Part shown: one piece after another, positions 10,222 to 19,734 of the stretch
How the letters are laid out: each line of letters opens with the position of its first letter
How positions within the stretch are numbered: position 1 is the first letter of the stretch
Assembly: GCA_050253415.1 (NCBI GenBank)
Contig: JBFWJC010000003.1
Coordinates: 160,001 to 224,000 of the forward strand
Direction: 5' to 3'
Length of the DNA stretch: 64,000 bases
Source of the DNA: Pedobacter sp.
Lineage (GTDB): Bacteria; Desulfobacterota; Desulfuromonadia; Desulfuromonadales; Syntrophotaleaceae
Notes under the pieces: model-generated
Told to the model about the DNA's origin: nothing
What the model saw: only the letters and a program-made list of their open reading frames with translations
Database searches by the model: none
Translations under genes and position numbers: made by a program

Positions 10222-11424
10222 ATGCTGACAGGTAAACAGATCGTAGTCGGGGTGACCGGTGGGATTGCGGCTTATCGGGCCGCGGAGCTGGTTCGACTTT
10301 ATGTCAAAGCCGGTGCGCAGGTGCATGTGATCATGACTGCTGCCGCTACCGAGTTTGTCACACCCCTGACTTTTCAGACCCTGTCGGGGAACCCCGTGCA
10401 TATCGAATTGTTCAACCTGATAAGCGAACGGGAGATCGGTCATATTGCCCTGGCTGATCGCGCCGATGTGCTGGTCGTGGCCCCGTGTACCGCCAATCTG
10501 GTTGGAAAGGTCGCTGCAGGGCTCGCCGATGACTTGCTCACGACCACTATCATGGCGACCAAGGCGCCGGTCTTGTTTGTCCCCGCCATGAATAGCAACA
10601 TGTGGGAAAATCCGATCTATCAACAGAATCAGGGCCGCCTGGCCGAATTGGGTTACCAGTTTGTCGAGCCGGTCAGCGGGTTGCTTGCCTGCGGCTGGCA
10701 GGGTAAGGGTAAAATGGCCGAACCCGAGGTGGTGTTTGAGGAAACGCTGCGCTTGTTGACACCGCAGGACATGGCTGGTGAAACCATTTTGGTTACCGCC
10801 GGTCCGACCCGTGAAGAGCTCGATCCGGTGCGGTATCTGAGTAATTATTCCTCAGGAAAAATGGGTTACGCCATTGCCCGGGCAGCCAGACAGCGTGGTG
10901 CCGAGGTGATACTGGTATCCGGTCCGACCGCACTTTCCCCACCTGCCGGAGTCCGATTGCACAAGGTTGTAAGTGCGGAGCAGATGAGGCTTGCGGTTCT
11001 GGAACATTTGCCCGCTTGCACCGTGGTGATCAAATCCGCTGCCGTGGCGGATTATCGACCTGCAGAGCGTGCCGTTCAGAAAATTAAAAAAGGTGGAGAA
11101 GATTGCCTGCAGTTGAGCCTGGTTAAAAACCCGGATATCCTTGCGGAAATCGGTAAGGCCAAAAAGGGTCAACTGGTGATCGGGTTTGCCGCTGAGACCC
11201 ACGATCTGGAAGCCCACGCATTGCGCAAGCTGCAAAGCAAGGATCTCGATCTGATTGTCGCCAACGATGTTACCTGCCCGCAGGCAGGGTTTGACGTCGA
11301 TACCAACTTGGTCAGATTGTTTTACCGCAACGGGAAGACGGAGCAGTGGCCTTTGATGAGCAAGGCCGAAGTGGCTGACAGGTTGTTGGACTGTGTCGCT
11401 TGTCTGCGTAGCGCTCCGATGTGA
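10222..11424 (+). CDS. coaBC: Phosphopantothenoylcysteine decarboxylase / ligase
   Basis: GVTGGIAAY, PAMN, LACG, TAGPTRE.LDPVRY.SN.SSGKMG, KIKK, GFAAET. Confidence 0.97.
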   Translation: MLTGKQIVVGVTGGIAAYRAAELVRLYVKAGAQVHVIMTAAATEFVTPLTFQTLSGNPVHIELFNLISEREIGHIALADRADVLVVAPCTANLVGKVAAGLADDLLTTTIMATKAPVLFVPAMNSNMWENPIYQQNQGRLAELGYQFVEPVSGLLACGWQGKGKMAEPEVVFEETLRLLTPQDMAGETILVTAGPTREELDPVRYLSNYSSGKMGYAIARAARQRGAEVILVSGPTALSPPAGVRLHKVVSAEQMRLAVLEHLPACTVVIKSAAVADYRPAERAVQKIKKGGEDCLQLSLVKNPDILAEIGKAKKGQLVIGFAAETHDLEAHALRKLQSKDLDLIVANDVTCPQAGFDVDTNLVRLFYRNGKTEQWPLMSKAEVADRLLDCVACLRSAPM

Positions 11425-11426
11425 AA

Positions 11427-12347
11427 TCAGTACCCCGATAGCAATTCGAGAAGTTTTTCCGGATGGACGATTCCTTGACGCAAGCGCTGTTTTATTTCAA
11501 TTAGCAATTGTTCTGCCTGGGCCGCTGGCAATTTACCTTCCAACCATAGCAGGTGCAGGTTTTTGCGGATCGCCTTGGCAGCATGCAGGGCTCTTTCGCC
11601 AGCGGGGTCAGCTTTCCAGTATGGGCTTTCCTGCATATTCTGCAGTACACTCAGGACGGCTTCGTGGGCAAGTGTCAAATACTCTTCCTGGTTGATTTCC
11701 TGCAGAGTCCATTTGGAATGATCCGCCACGGAACGTAGCATTTTTTGCCATTGCTGTAAGCGGCTTAACAGTAGCAGAGAGTTGAAAAGCCGTTTGTTGG
11801 TGCCGAACGAGAACAGGGTCGGTGCCAGGATGCTGCGCAGCAGGGTATCGTTGGCGCTTAAATCCTTTTGTGCCATCGAACGGGCCAAAGCCCAGCAGGC
11901 GGGGTCAACCCGGCTTTCAAAGCGCATCTCCCAATATGTATGCTTATGCATGGCGGTGTTAAAGGTGCGTACCAGTTTATACGGCACCAGGTATGAGTGG
12001 GCAATGGTGTCCGCAGCCAGGTGTGCTATGTAGCCGTAGGCGCAGGCCCGTTGGGCATCATTTTCGGCCGCATCGATGATTCGGCACCCCACCCGCCATG
12101 AATGGCAATGTTGCAGATAGTGGGTAAAGCGTTTGCCCAGGGTGATATCGGCACTGATACAGCCGTAGAGAAAATCGAAGGGGTGGGAGGCGATCAACTG
12201 CCGGAGGGCTTCAGGCAGGAGGTGCAATTCACCCAGTATCTGTGAACCGAGTTGCAGATGCACCCCCAGACCCCAAGCCAGAGCAGTGGTGGGGACCGAA
12301 AGAATCATGATTAAAATTATGAGTGTTATTTTGAACGCCATAGACAC
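11427..12347 (-). CDS. Zinc-dependent phospholipase C family protein
   Basis: Signal peptide followed by ALA|WGLGVH (N-terminal W and H Zn ligands), GYIAHLAAD..AH, H.YWE. Confidence 0.75.
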   Translation of the reverse strand: MSMAFKITLIILIMILSVPTTALAWGLGVHLQLGSQILGELHLLPEALRQLIASHPFDFLYGCISADITLGKRFTHYLQHCHSWRVGCRIIDAAENDAQRACAYGYIAHLAADTIAHSYLVPYKLVRTFNTAMHKHTYWEMRFESRVDPACWALARSMAQKDLSANDTLLRSILAPTLFSFGTNKRLFNSLLLLSRLQQWQKMLRSVADHSKWTLQEINQEEYLTLAHEAVLSVLQNMQESPYWKADPAGERALHAAKAIRKNLHLLWLEGKLPAAQAEQLLIEIKQRLRQGIVHPEKLLELLSGY

Positions 12348-12403
12348 CTGCGTTGATTTGTTGCTACAGGATAATCCCGCAGGGAAGGAAATGTAAAGAG
12401 ACT

Positions 12404-13135
12404 ATGCCGCAAAAGCTTTATCGGGATTTATGTGAGGCTGCCGGGCAGGTGCGCGGTCTTCTGGAAAATCTTCATCTGCTGGGCGTCCGAGAATTGCCCT
12501 GCCCGGTGGAGACCGTTCCTCCACCAATCTGTCCAACAGGGTCCGATACTGCAGATCTTGTGTCCGGCATATGCCGTTCCGAAACCCTGGAGGAGATTCG
12601 CACCGATCTGGGGGACTGTTGTCGGTGTCTGCTCAGTCAAGGGCGTGAGCATATCGTCTTTGGGTGTGGTAATGAAAAGGCACGGGTGGTCTTTGTTGGC
12701 GAAGCTCCGGGGCGCGAAGAGGACAAGCAGGGGGTTCCTTTTGTCGGTGAGGCCGGCCGGCTTTTGGACCGTATGCTGTTTGCCATGGGGTTATGCCGCG
12801 AGGATGTTTATATTTGCAATGTTCAAAAATGCCGACCTCCGGGTAACAGGGATCCGCAGCCTGAGGAAATAGCTGCCTGCAAGCCTTTTCTGGCTCGGCA
12901 GTTAGCTGCTATCCGCCCTCGTGTCATCGTTACCTTGGGACGATTCGCAGCCCAGGTCTTATTGAACGAAGAGGAAGCCATCAGCCGGTTACGCGGCCAA
13001 TGGTATGCCTACGAGGGCATTCCACTGATGCCGACGTATCACCCTGCTTACTTGTTGCGAAATCCTGCATCCAAGCGTGAAGTTTGGGAAGATCTCAAGC
13101 TGGTCATGAGCCGCTTGCGTGACAGCGACACCTGA
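12404..13135 (+). CDS. Uracil-DNA glycosylase family 4 (4Fe-4S)
   Basis: CxxCxL, VGEAPG, PFVG.AG, KCRPP.NRDP, YHPA. Confidence 0.92.
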   Translation: MPQKLYRDLCEAAGQVRGLLENLHLLGVRELPCPVETVPPPICPTGSDTADLVSGICRSETLEEIRTDLGDCCRCLLSQGREHIVFGCGNEKARVVFVGEAPGREEDKQGVPFVGEAGRLLDRMLFAMGLCREDVYICNVQKCRPPGNRDPQPEEIAACKPFLARQLAAIRPRVIVTLGRFAAQVLLNEEEAISRLRGQWYAYEGIPLMPTYHPAYLLRNPASKREVWEDLKLVMSRLRDSDT

Positions 13136-13907
13136 AAGGGCCATTAAAGTGCCCCCGTTGGTTCTGGAAAATATAGAAAAAGTTCGTACCGGCCAAGACG
13201 GGCGCCCCCGCCAGATTCTGCAACGGGTATGCATGACCATTCCTGCGGGTCGTATTACAGTGCTTATCGGCCCGTCCGGCTGCGGTAAAACCACCCTTCT
13301 GCGCCTTATCAATCGACTGGAGGATCCCACCGCCGGGCGTATTTTGCTGGGCGGTGAGAATATTGCCGTATTGGATCCACTGATACTCCGCCAGACGGTG
13401 GGGATGGTGCCTCAAAAACCCTTCATGTTTGCCGGAACCGTTCAGGAAAACCTGCAACATCCTTTCCTTCTGCGCAAACAGATTCCTCCTTTACCAACGG
13501 ATCCCTTGTGGTCTGAGTGTCTTGCCCGGGTCGATCTTCCCAATGAAATTTTACGGCGACAGGCGGGGAGTCTGTCATTGGGAGAACAGCAGCGGGTGGG
13601 ATTGGCGCGGGCCCTGCTATGCGGGCCTCAGGTGGTCCTGTTGGATGAACCGACAAGTGCTCTGGACCGACCTTCCAGTGATCGTTTTGCCCGGTCGATC
13701 CGGTCTCTGTGCCAGGGGAATCATTTAACCCTGTTGCTGGTGACGCATGACCTGTGGTTCGCCGAACGCGTTGCGGATGACGTCGTATTTCTCGTGGACG
13801 GGAGCATTGTGGAACAGGGAACCGCCGCGCAGATCTTTACAGACCCGCAAACGCCGGCGTTACAACAATTTTTTCTGTATCCCGACAAGGCAGGAGACCT
13901 TTTGTGA
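13119..13907 (+). CDS. ABC transporter ATP-binding protein (FetA/YbbL-like)
   Basis: GPSGCGKT, LSLGEQQR, LLDEPTS, VTHD; coupled to a FetB-like permease. Confidence 0.8.
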   Translation: MTATPERAIKVPPLVLENIEKVRTGQDGRPRQILQRVCMTIPAGRITVLIGPSGCGKTTLLRLINRLEDPTAGRILLGGENIAVLDPLILRQTVGMVPQKPFMFAGTVQENLQHPFLLRKQIPPLPTDPLWSECLARVDLPNEILRRQAGSLSLGEQQRVGLARALLCGPQVVLLDEPTSALDRPSSDRFARSIRSLCQGNHLTLLLVTHDLWFAERVADDVVFLVDGSIVEQGTAAQIFTDPQTPALQQFFLYPDKAGDLL

Positions 13908-14695
13908 GCCAGGCCGTTATCATTGATCCGGGGGTGGCCAATCTGGCATTTTGCTACGGTCTGATTCTTCTGGTTGTCGGCCTGGCAAGATTCGGGGGGG
14001 CAGGCCGTGAAAAAGACCTGTTATGGGCCTCGTTTCGAATGATCGTACAGCTTACAGCTGTCGGTTTTTTGCTGCGGTTTATTTTCGCCGTTCAAAGCCC
14101 TTTTCCGACCCTGCTAATTTTGCTGCTTATGGGCACTTTTGCCCTGCAGGTCATGGGTGGTCGCGTTAAATCAAAGGTGCCGGGCTTCTATCGAATCGTC
14201 GGACTATCCCTGCTATTTGGCTGCGGCGGTGTGATCGTTTATTTTTGCCTGTTAGTCGTGGGGGCTTCTCCCTGGTACAGTCCAAGGTATCTCATTCCTC
14301 TGGCAAGTATGATTCTTGGTAATTCCATGAACGGTGCCAGTTTGGCGGTTGAGCGCTATCTGTCCGAGGTTCGGGAGCGACGCGATGAAATCGAAACCGC
14401 ATTGTGTCTTGGCGCCAGTTCGGCAACTGCCGCCTCGCCGGCCTTGCGGCAGGCGTTTCGTGCTGCCCTCATCCCGACGACCAATACCATGGCAGCTGCC
14501 GGTCTGGTCACATTACCCGGCATGATGACCGGGCAGATCCTCTCCGGAACGGATCCGTTGATCGCAGTCAAATACCAGATTGCCATAATGTGCGCTATCG
14601 TTGCCGGTGTGGCATTAACCGCTTTTCTGGCGCTTTGTCAGTGTCGAAAGGTTTGTTTTACCGCGTTTCATCAACTTCGGGACAACCTCTTCTGA
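13904..14695 (+). CDS. fetB: ABC permease, FetB/YbbM (UPF0014) family
   Basis: R..QL..VG, IP...M.LGNSM, IE..L.LGA, GLVTLPGMMTGQILSG..P..AVKYQ. Confidence 0.85.
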   Translation: MSQAVIIDPGVANLAFCYGLILLVVGLARFGGAGREKDLLWASFRMIVQLTAVGFLLRFIFAVQSPFPTLLILLLMGTFALQVMGGRVKSKVPGFYRIVGLSLLFGCGGVIVYFCLLVVGASPWYSPRYLIPLASMILGNSMNGASLAVERYLSEVRERRDEIETALCLGASSATAASPALRQAFRAALIPTTNTMAAAGLVTLPGMMTGQILSGTDPLIAVKYQIAIMCAIVAGVALTAFLALCQCRKVCFTAFHQLRDNLF

Positions 14696-14875
14696 GTTCA
14701 CCAATCTTGTATACGTTGCATTCCTCCTCATTCGTTGCCTGAAAAATATCCTAATTAATGCTCCAGGGGTGGTTTGATCGGTTTTTTATCGTAAACTTCC
14801 AAGAGAGAGTTTTGTTGAGATGCTGGTTCTGCAGCAACAACTTGGCGCCTTTTAATGATCGAGGAGGTCACTGTT

Positions 14876-16282
14876 ATGAAGAAGCCTTTGGGAGAACGGC
14901 TGGTGGATGAAGGGGTGATTTCACAGCAACAACTCGATGCTGCGTTACAGCGGCAAAGACTCCGCGGAGGGCGGCTTGGACAAAACCTGTGTGCTCTGGG
15001 CTTTCTCGATGAAAAGAAACTGCAGGCATCATTCCGCAAGCCACCTGAGTGCCCCCAGACGGTTGAGGACACCGGCCTCGATTTGTTTTTCATTGCCGAT
15101 CTGGTATTGAAACACACCTTGTTCCTCGGTGATTTTACGCTGGCGGAGTTGATGGATCGGGTGAAGCTCCCCGCGAACATTATGGATCAGGCTGTGGAAG
15201 AATTGAGGCGGGAACATTTCGTCAAGGTTAAGGGCGCCTCTCTCTATTCCAAAAGCAGTTATCAGTATTCCATTACCGAACCTGGTATCCGCCGGGCATC
15301 CGCGTTGCTGGATGTATCGCGTTATGTCGGTCCGGCTCCGGTGAGTCTGGAAGATTATCGGGATATGGTTGATCTTCAAACGGTGCGCAGTCTGCTCGTA
15401 AGCCAGGAACGTGTGCATCAGGTTTTCTCCCACCTGGTGGTCAGCGACCGGCTATTGCATCGCCTTGGTCCGGCTTTGAGTTCCGGCAAAGAAATTTTTC
15501 TCTACGGTCCGCCGGGAAACGGAAAAACATCCATCGCTGAGACGATTGCAGAATTATTGCCGGGGGGCATCTATATGCCTTACGCATTGCTGGTGCGAGG
15601 CGAGATCATTAACGTCTATGATCCGGTGAATCATCATGCTCTGGAGGTAGAAAGCGGTGGTGGCACTTATGATGAACGCTGGATGCTGGTTCGCAGGCCG
15701 GTGGTGATCGCAGGTGGAGAATTGACCCTGCGCACTCTCGACCTGGACTTCAATCCTATCACCAAATATTACGAGGCCCCGTTGCAGGTCAAGGCCAATA
15801 ACGGCGTCTTCATCATCGACGATTTTGGTCGCCAGCATGTCGATCCGCAGTTATTGCTTAATCGCTGGATGGTACCCCTCGATCGGCGTATCGATTTTTT
15901 GACGTTGCATACCGGGATGAAGTTTGAAATACCTTTTGATAACCTGGTGATATTTTCTACTAATATCGAACCGCATGAATTGGTTGATGAAGCCTTTTTG
16001 AGGCGTATTCATTACAAATTCAAGGTTGACTATCCCACCGGGGAGCAATTTGAAAATATTTTCAGACAAGTTTGCCAGCTTAATGGGATCGCTTTCGATA
16101 AATCGGTATTCACCTATTTGATGGATCAGTTTTATCGTCGGCTGGATATCCCCTACAGTGCCTGCCATCCTCAGGATATGATAGAGCATATTCTGGCGGA
16201 TGCTTCCTATCATGGTTACCCGCCGGTTATGACGCGAGAAAGTATCGCAGCGGCCTGGGAGGATTATTTTGTGCGTATTTAA
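14876..16282 (+). CDS. AAA+ ATPase with N-terminal MshEN-like domain
   Basis: PLGERLVDEG...QLDAALQRQ and RLGQNLCALG; Walker A GPPGNGKT; Walker B FIIDDFGRQ; DEAFLRR; GAGGAGG RBS. Confidence 0.8.
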   Translation: MKKPLGERLVDEGVISQQQLDAALQRQRLRGGRLGQNLCALGFLDEKKLQASFRKPPECPQTVEDTGLDLFFIADLVLKHTLFLGDFTLAELMDRVKLPANIMDQAVEELRREHFVKVKGASLYSKSSYQYSITEPGIRRASALLDVSRYVGPAPVSLEDYRDMVDLQTVRSLLVSQERVHQVFSHLVVSDRLLHRLGPALSSGKEIFLYGPPGNGKTSIAETIAELLPGGIYMPYALLVRGEIINVYDPVNHHALEVESGGGTYDERWMLVRRPVVIAGGELTLRTLDLDFNPITKYYEAPLQVKANNGVFIIDDFGRQHVDPQLLLNRWMVPLDRRIDFLTLHTGMKFEIPFDNLVIFSTNIEPHELVDEAFLRRIHYKFKVDYPTGEQFENIFRQVCQLNGIAFDKSVFTYLMDQFYRRLDIPYSACHPQDMIEHILADASYHGYPPVMTRESIAAAWEDYFVRI

Positions 16283-16416
16283 CAGGCAATGCATACAAAA
16301 AGTGGGATAAGACTTGACAGGACGAATCGAATTTATTAATAGATAGGCGCCCTAAATGACATGCGGTATTTTGCAAGCCTGCGCTTGCTACTGTTTTTTG
16401 ATGAAAAGGCCTTTTT

Positions 16417-17253
16417 ATGGAAACCTTTTTGGCGCCAGCAAAAATTAATATTTGTCTGCATGTGCTTAATCGTCGTGCGGATGGCTATCACGAGCTGGCC
16501 ATGCTCATGCAACGCGTATCGTTGTATGACAAAATAAGCATGTCTTTAACGGATGGCATGGACATCCGGGTGCAGTGCGGTGGCGTCAAACTGCCGGTCG
16601 GTCAACAGAATATTGCAGCGTCTGCGGCTCAAGCACTTTTTGACCGCGCCGGTGTTCGCCAGGGACTGGATATTGTTATTGAAAAAAATATTCCTGTGGC
16701 CGCCGGGTTGGGTGGCGGTTCCTCGGATGCTGCCACCGTATTGATGGGGCTCAATCAGATGCTGAGTCTCGGGTTTTCTCCTGAGCAACTTATGGAAACC
16801 GGCGTGAAACTCGGTGCTGACGTGCCGTTTTTTATCTTTAAGCATGCTGCCTGGGCAACCGGCATCGGCGACAGGCTGGAAGAAGTTCACGGATTGCCTC
16901 CGGTCTGGTACGTACTGGTTAATCCAGGTCTTGAAGTATCGACAGCGTGGGTTTATAAAAATTTGCGGTTGACATCCCCGAGGGATAATCTTAGAATACC
17001 TCGATTTTCCGGCACGGTAGAAGAAGTGATTAATCTTCTGCATAACGACCTCGAGACGGTAACTGTTGAGCGTTTCCCGCTGATAGAGCAGGTTAAGCAA
17101 CAGTTGATCCAGCTCGGTGCCAAGGGCGCCTTGATGAGTGGTAGCGGCTCCACTGTTTTCGGTGTTTTCAGTGATGAAGACGCTGCAAAGGCTGCTGCCG
17201 ATGAGATGTCTTGCCACGATGGTTGGCGGGCCTTTGCGGTTAAGCCGATATAG
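16417..17253 (+). CDS. ispE: 4-diphosphocytidyl-2C-methyl-D-erythritol kinase
   Basis: APAKIN, IPVAAGLGGGSSDAA, LGADVPF, MSGSGS. Confidence 0.97.
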   Translation: METFLAPAKINICLHVLNRRADGYHELAMLMQRVSLYDKISMSLTDGMDIRVQCGGVKLPVGQQNIAASAAQALFDRAGVRQGLDIVIEKNIPVAAGLGGGSSDAATVLMGLNQMLSLGFSPEQLMETGVKLGADVPFFIFKHAAWATGIGDRLEEVHGLPPVWYVLVNPGLEVSTAWVYKNLRLTSPRDNLRIPRFSGTVEEVINLLHNDLETVTVERFPLIEQVKQQLIQLGAKGALMSGSGSTVFGVFSDEDAAKAAADEMSCHDGWRAFAVKPI

Positions 17254-17293
17254 GGTAGCCGGTTTTTAAGAATGTAAAGTAATGGTAAATTGT

Positions 17294-17368
17294 TGGGGCG
17301 TCGCCAAGCGGTAAGGCACCGGATTTTGATTCCGGCATTCCCAGGTTCGAATCCTGGCGCCCCAGCCA
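17294..17368 (+). tRNA. tRNA-Gln (TTG)
   Basis: 75-nt cloverleaf TGGGGCG...CGCCCCA-G-CCA; anticodon loop TTTTGAT; GGTTCGAATCC; usual ispE-tRNA-Gln-prs context. Confidence 0.97.
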
Positions 17369-17515
17369 CATTTAAATAGTCGCGTTATCGAGGTAGATAG
17401 TTTTTTGGCCTGTGACGCGAATCGACAGCCGGACACTCGTTGGTCCCGGTTGCATAACAGGTCATGGTCTCCATGGCCTGCAGTTTTTTCTTACTTACCA
17501 ACTGAGGATTTTGTC

Positions 17516-18454
17516 GTGAACAACCTGAAAATTTTTTCCGGTAATTCGAATACGCCTCTTGCTCGGGAGATCTGCGGACACCTTGCCGTTCCTCTCGGGG
17601 CAGCCAAGGTTCGTGCTTTTTCCGACGGCGAAATCATGGTAGAGATCGGCGAGAACGTACGTGGTCGTGATGTTTATATCATCCAGTCCACCTGTGCGCC
17701 GGCCAACGACAACCTCATGGAATTGTTGATTATGGCGGATGCTCTCAAACGGGCATCTGCGGCGCGCATTACGGCCGTTATTCCATATTTTGGTTATGCC
17801 AGACAAGATCGCAAGGTTGCGCCCCGTACCCCGATTACCAGCAAGTTGGTCGCAGATCTTATCTCTACTTCGGGTTTTGATAGGGTTTTGACCATGGATC
17901 TGCATGCTGGACAGATCCAGGGGTTTTTCAATATCCCCGTGGATCATCTGTATGCTGCACCGGTCATCCTTCGGGATATAGCCGATCGCTTTGAAGATTC
18001 GCCGGTTGTGGTTTCTCCCGATGCGGGAGGTACCGAGCGGGCCAGGGCTTTTGCCAAACGTCTGGATGCCAGTCTCGCCATCATTGATAAGCGGCGCAGC
18101 GGACCCAATGTTTCACAGGTTATGAATATTATCGGTGATGTTGAAGGTAAGAATTGTATCATCGTTGATGATATGATCGATACAGCAGGTACTCTCTGCC
18201 AGGCAGCGCAAGCCCTGAAAGATAAAGGGGCAGGGGATATCTATGCTTTTGCTACACATGCGGTTCTTTCCGGACCTGCCTTGGAGCGGATTGACAATAG
18301 TTGTTTGAAAGAAGTAGTCGTTACTAACACCATTCCAGTGATGGAGAAAGTCAAGCTCTGCAGTCGGTTGCGGCAGTTGTCGGTCGCCGAACTTCTGGCT
18401 GAAGCTATTCGACGTATCAATGGTAGTGAATCAGTTAGTTCTCTTTTTGTATAA
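17516..18454 (+). CDS. prs: Ribose-phosphate pyrophosphokinase
   Basis: [42 protein letters not shown] start after GAGG. Confidence 0.97.
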   Translation: MNNLKIFSGNSNTPLAREICGHLAVPLGAAKVRAFSDGEIMVEIGENVRGRDVYIIQSTCAPANDNLMELLIMADALKRASAARITAVIPYFGYARQDRKVAPRTPITSKLVADLISTSGFDRVLTMDLHAGQIQGFFNIPVDHLYAAPVILRDIADRFEDSPVVVSPDAGGTERARAFAKRLDASLAIIDKRRSGPNVSQVMNIIGDVEGKNCIIVDDMIDTAGTLCQAAQALKDKGAGDIYAFATHAVLSGPALERIDNSCLKEVVVTNTIPVMEKVKLCSRLRQLSVAELLAEAIRRINGSESVSSLFV

Positions 18455-18508
18455 ATAGACAGGGTTCAACACGAACCGAAATAACGTGAGGATTGGAGGA
18501 ACGGATAC

Positions 18509-19120
18509 ATGGCACAGACGGAATTGAATGTCAGCCAGCGTGAAGGGCTTGGAAAAGGGACTGCTCGCACACTGCGTCGTGAGGGGCTGATACCCGCCGT
18601 CATGTACGGCAAAGGTGTAGAGAGTTGCTCTTTGACTATTGAACCTAAAAAGCTTTCCGCCATTATTGGTAGCGAAGCAGGTTGGAATACCCTGATTACT
18701 CTCAAGGGAGAAGGTCCGTTTGACGGGCAGGTTGTTATCCTTAAGGATATGCAGTTGGATCCTATTCGTCAGACTGTATTGCATGTTGATTTCCAGGCCA
18801 TCGACCTGAAGCAAAAAGCTCATGTTATGGTTCCTGTTGTTGCGGTTGGCAAATCAGCTGGCGAAAAAGAAGGTGGCAATCTTCAGGTTATTCGGCACGA
18901 AGTGGAGTTGGTATGTCTTCCTACCAATATTCCGTCCGTTCTTGAAGTTGACGTTACAGCGCTGGCTATCGGTGATGTACTGCATGTTCAGGATATTGTG
19001 CTTCCCGAAGGAGTTGAATTGCCGGCTGACGTAAATTACACCGTCTTTACCGTTGGCGGTCGCGCAGCTGAAACGGAAGAAGTTACTGAAGAAGTAGCTG
19101 AGATCGAAGCTGGCGAATAA
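18509..19120 (+). CDS. rplY: 50S ribosomal protein L25 / Ctc
   Basis: GKG.AR.LRREG.IPAV.YG, HVDF, long C-terminal TL5 domain. Confidence 0.95.
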   Translation: MAQTELNVSQREGLGKGTARTLRREGLIPAVMYGKGVESCSLTIEPKKLSAIIGSEAGWNTLITLKGEGPFDGQVVILKDMQLDPIRQTVLHVDFQAIDLKQKAHVMVPVVAVGKSAGEKEGGNLQVIRHEVELVCLPTNIPSVLEVDVTALAIGDVLHVQDIVLPEGVELPADVNYTVFTVGGRAAETEEVTEEVAEIEAGE

Positions 19121-19138
19121 CGCAGACGAGGAAATCTT

Positions 19139-19714
19139 TTGAAGTTGCTTGTCGGCTTGGGCAACCCGGGACCGGAATATGCCTCGACGAGGCATAATAT
19201 TGGTTTCTTGGTTGCCCAGAAATTTGCTGAAAAGATGGGTTTGTCGCTAAAACGACAGGCCCATCAGGCTATATTGGGTGCTGGTTGTGCTGGTGGGCAG
19301 GAGGTTATGGTGCTTCTGCCCCAGACCTACATGAACCGCAGTGGTATTTCGGTGGTCTCCGCCTGCAAGGCAAAGAGTATCGCTGTTAAGGATCTGGTTG
19401 TTATCCATGACGAGATCGATTTGCCGTTTGGTTCCGTGCGCATAAAGGTAGGTGGTGGTCACGGAGGTCATAACGGGTTGCGAAGTATTGCGGATCTGCT
19501 CGGGTCTCGCGACTTTACTAGATTGAGAGTTGGTGTTGGTCGGCCAATCGGACAGATGGATGTCGCCAAATATGTCCTGAGTTCATTTTCGTCCACTGAG
19601 AAGTCCCAACTCGAAAGCGTTCTTGAAAATTCGGTCATGGCCTTGGAGGTGTTGTTGCAAAAAGGTGCGCAGCAAGCCATGAATGAATTTAATAACCGGG
19701 TATTTTTAAATTAA
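19139..19714 (+). CDS. pth: Peptidyl-tRNA hydrolase
   Basis: [33 protein letters not shown]. Confidence 0.97.
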   Translation: MKLLVGLGNPGPEYASTRHNIGFLVAQKFAEKMGLSLKRQAHQAILGAGCAGGQEVMVLLPQTYMNRSGISVVSACKAKSIAVKDLVVIHDEIDLPFGSVRIKVGGGHGGHNGLRSIADLLGSRDFTRLRVGVGRPIGQMDVAKYVLSSFSSTEKSQLESVLENSVMALEVLLQKGAQQAMNEFNNRVFLN

Positions 19715-19734
19715 CAGAGAGGGAAGGGTTTAAA

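Noticed and set aside
9700..10623. 307-aa antisense ORF over MBL/coaBC, and similar ones at 817-1503, 5920-6765, 25816-26640 and 58771-59640
   Set aside because: Each lies opposite a well-supported gene and has no motifs
17294..17368. tRNA as an integration site for an island
   Set aside because: No integrase and no repeated tRNA 3' end seen; ispE-tRNA-prs synteny is intact
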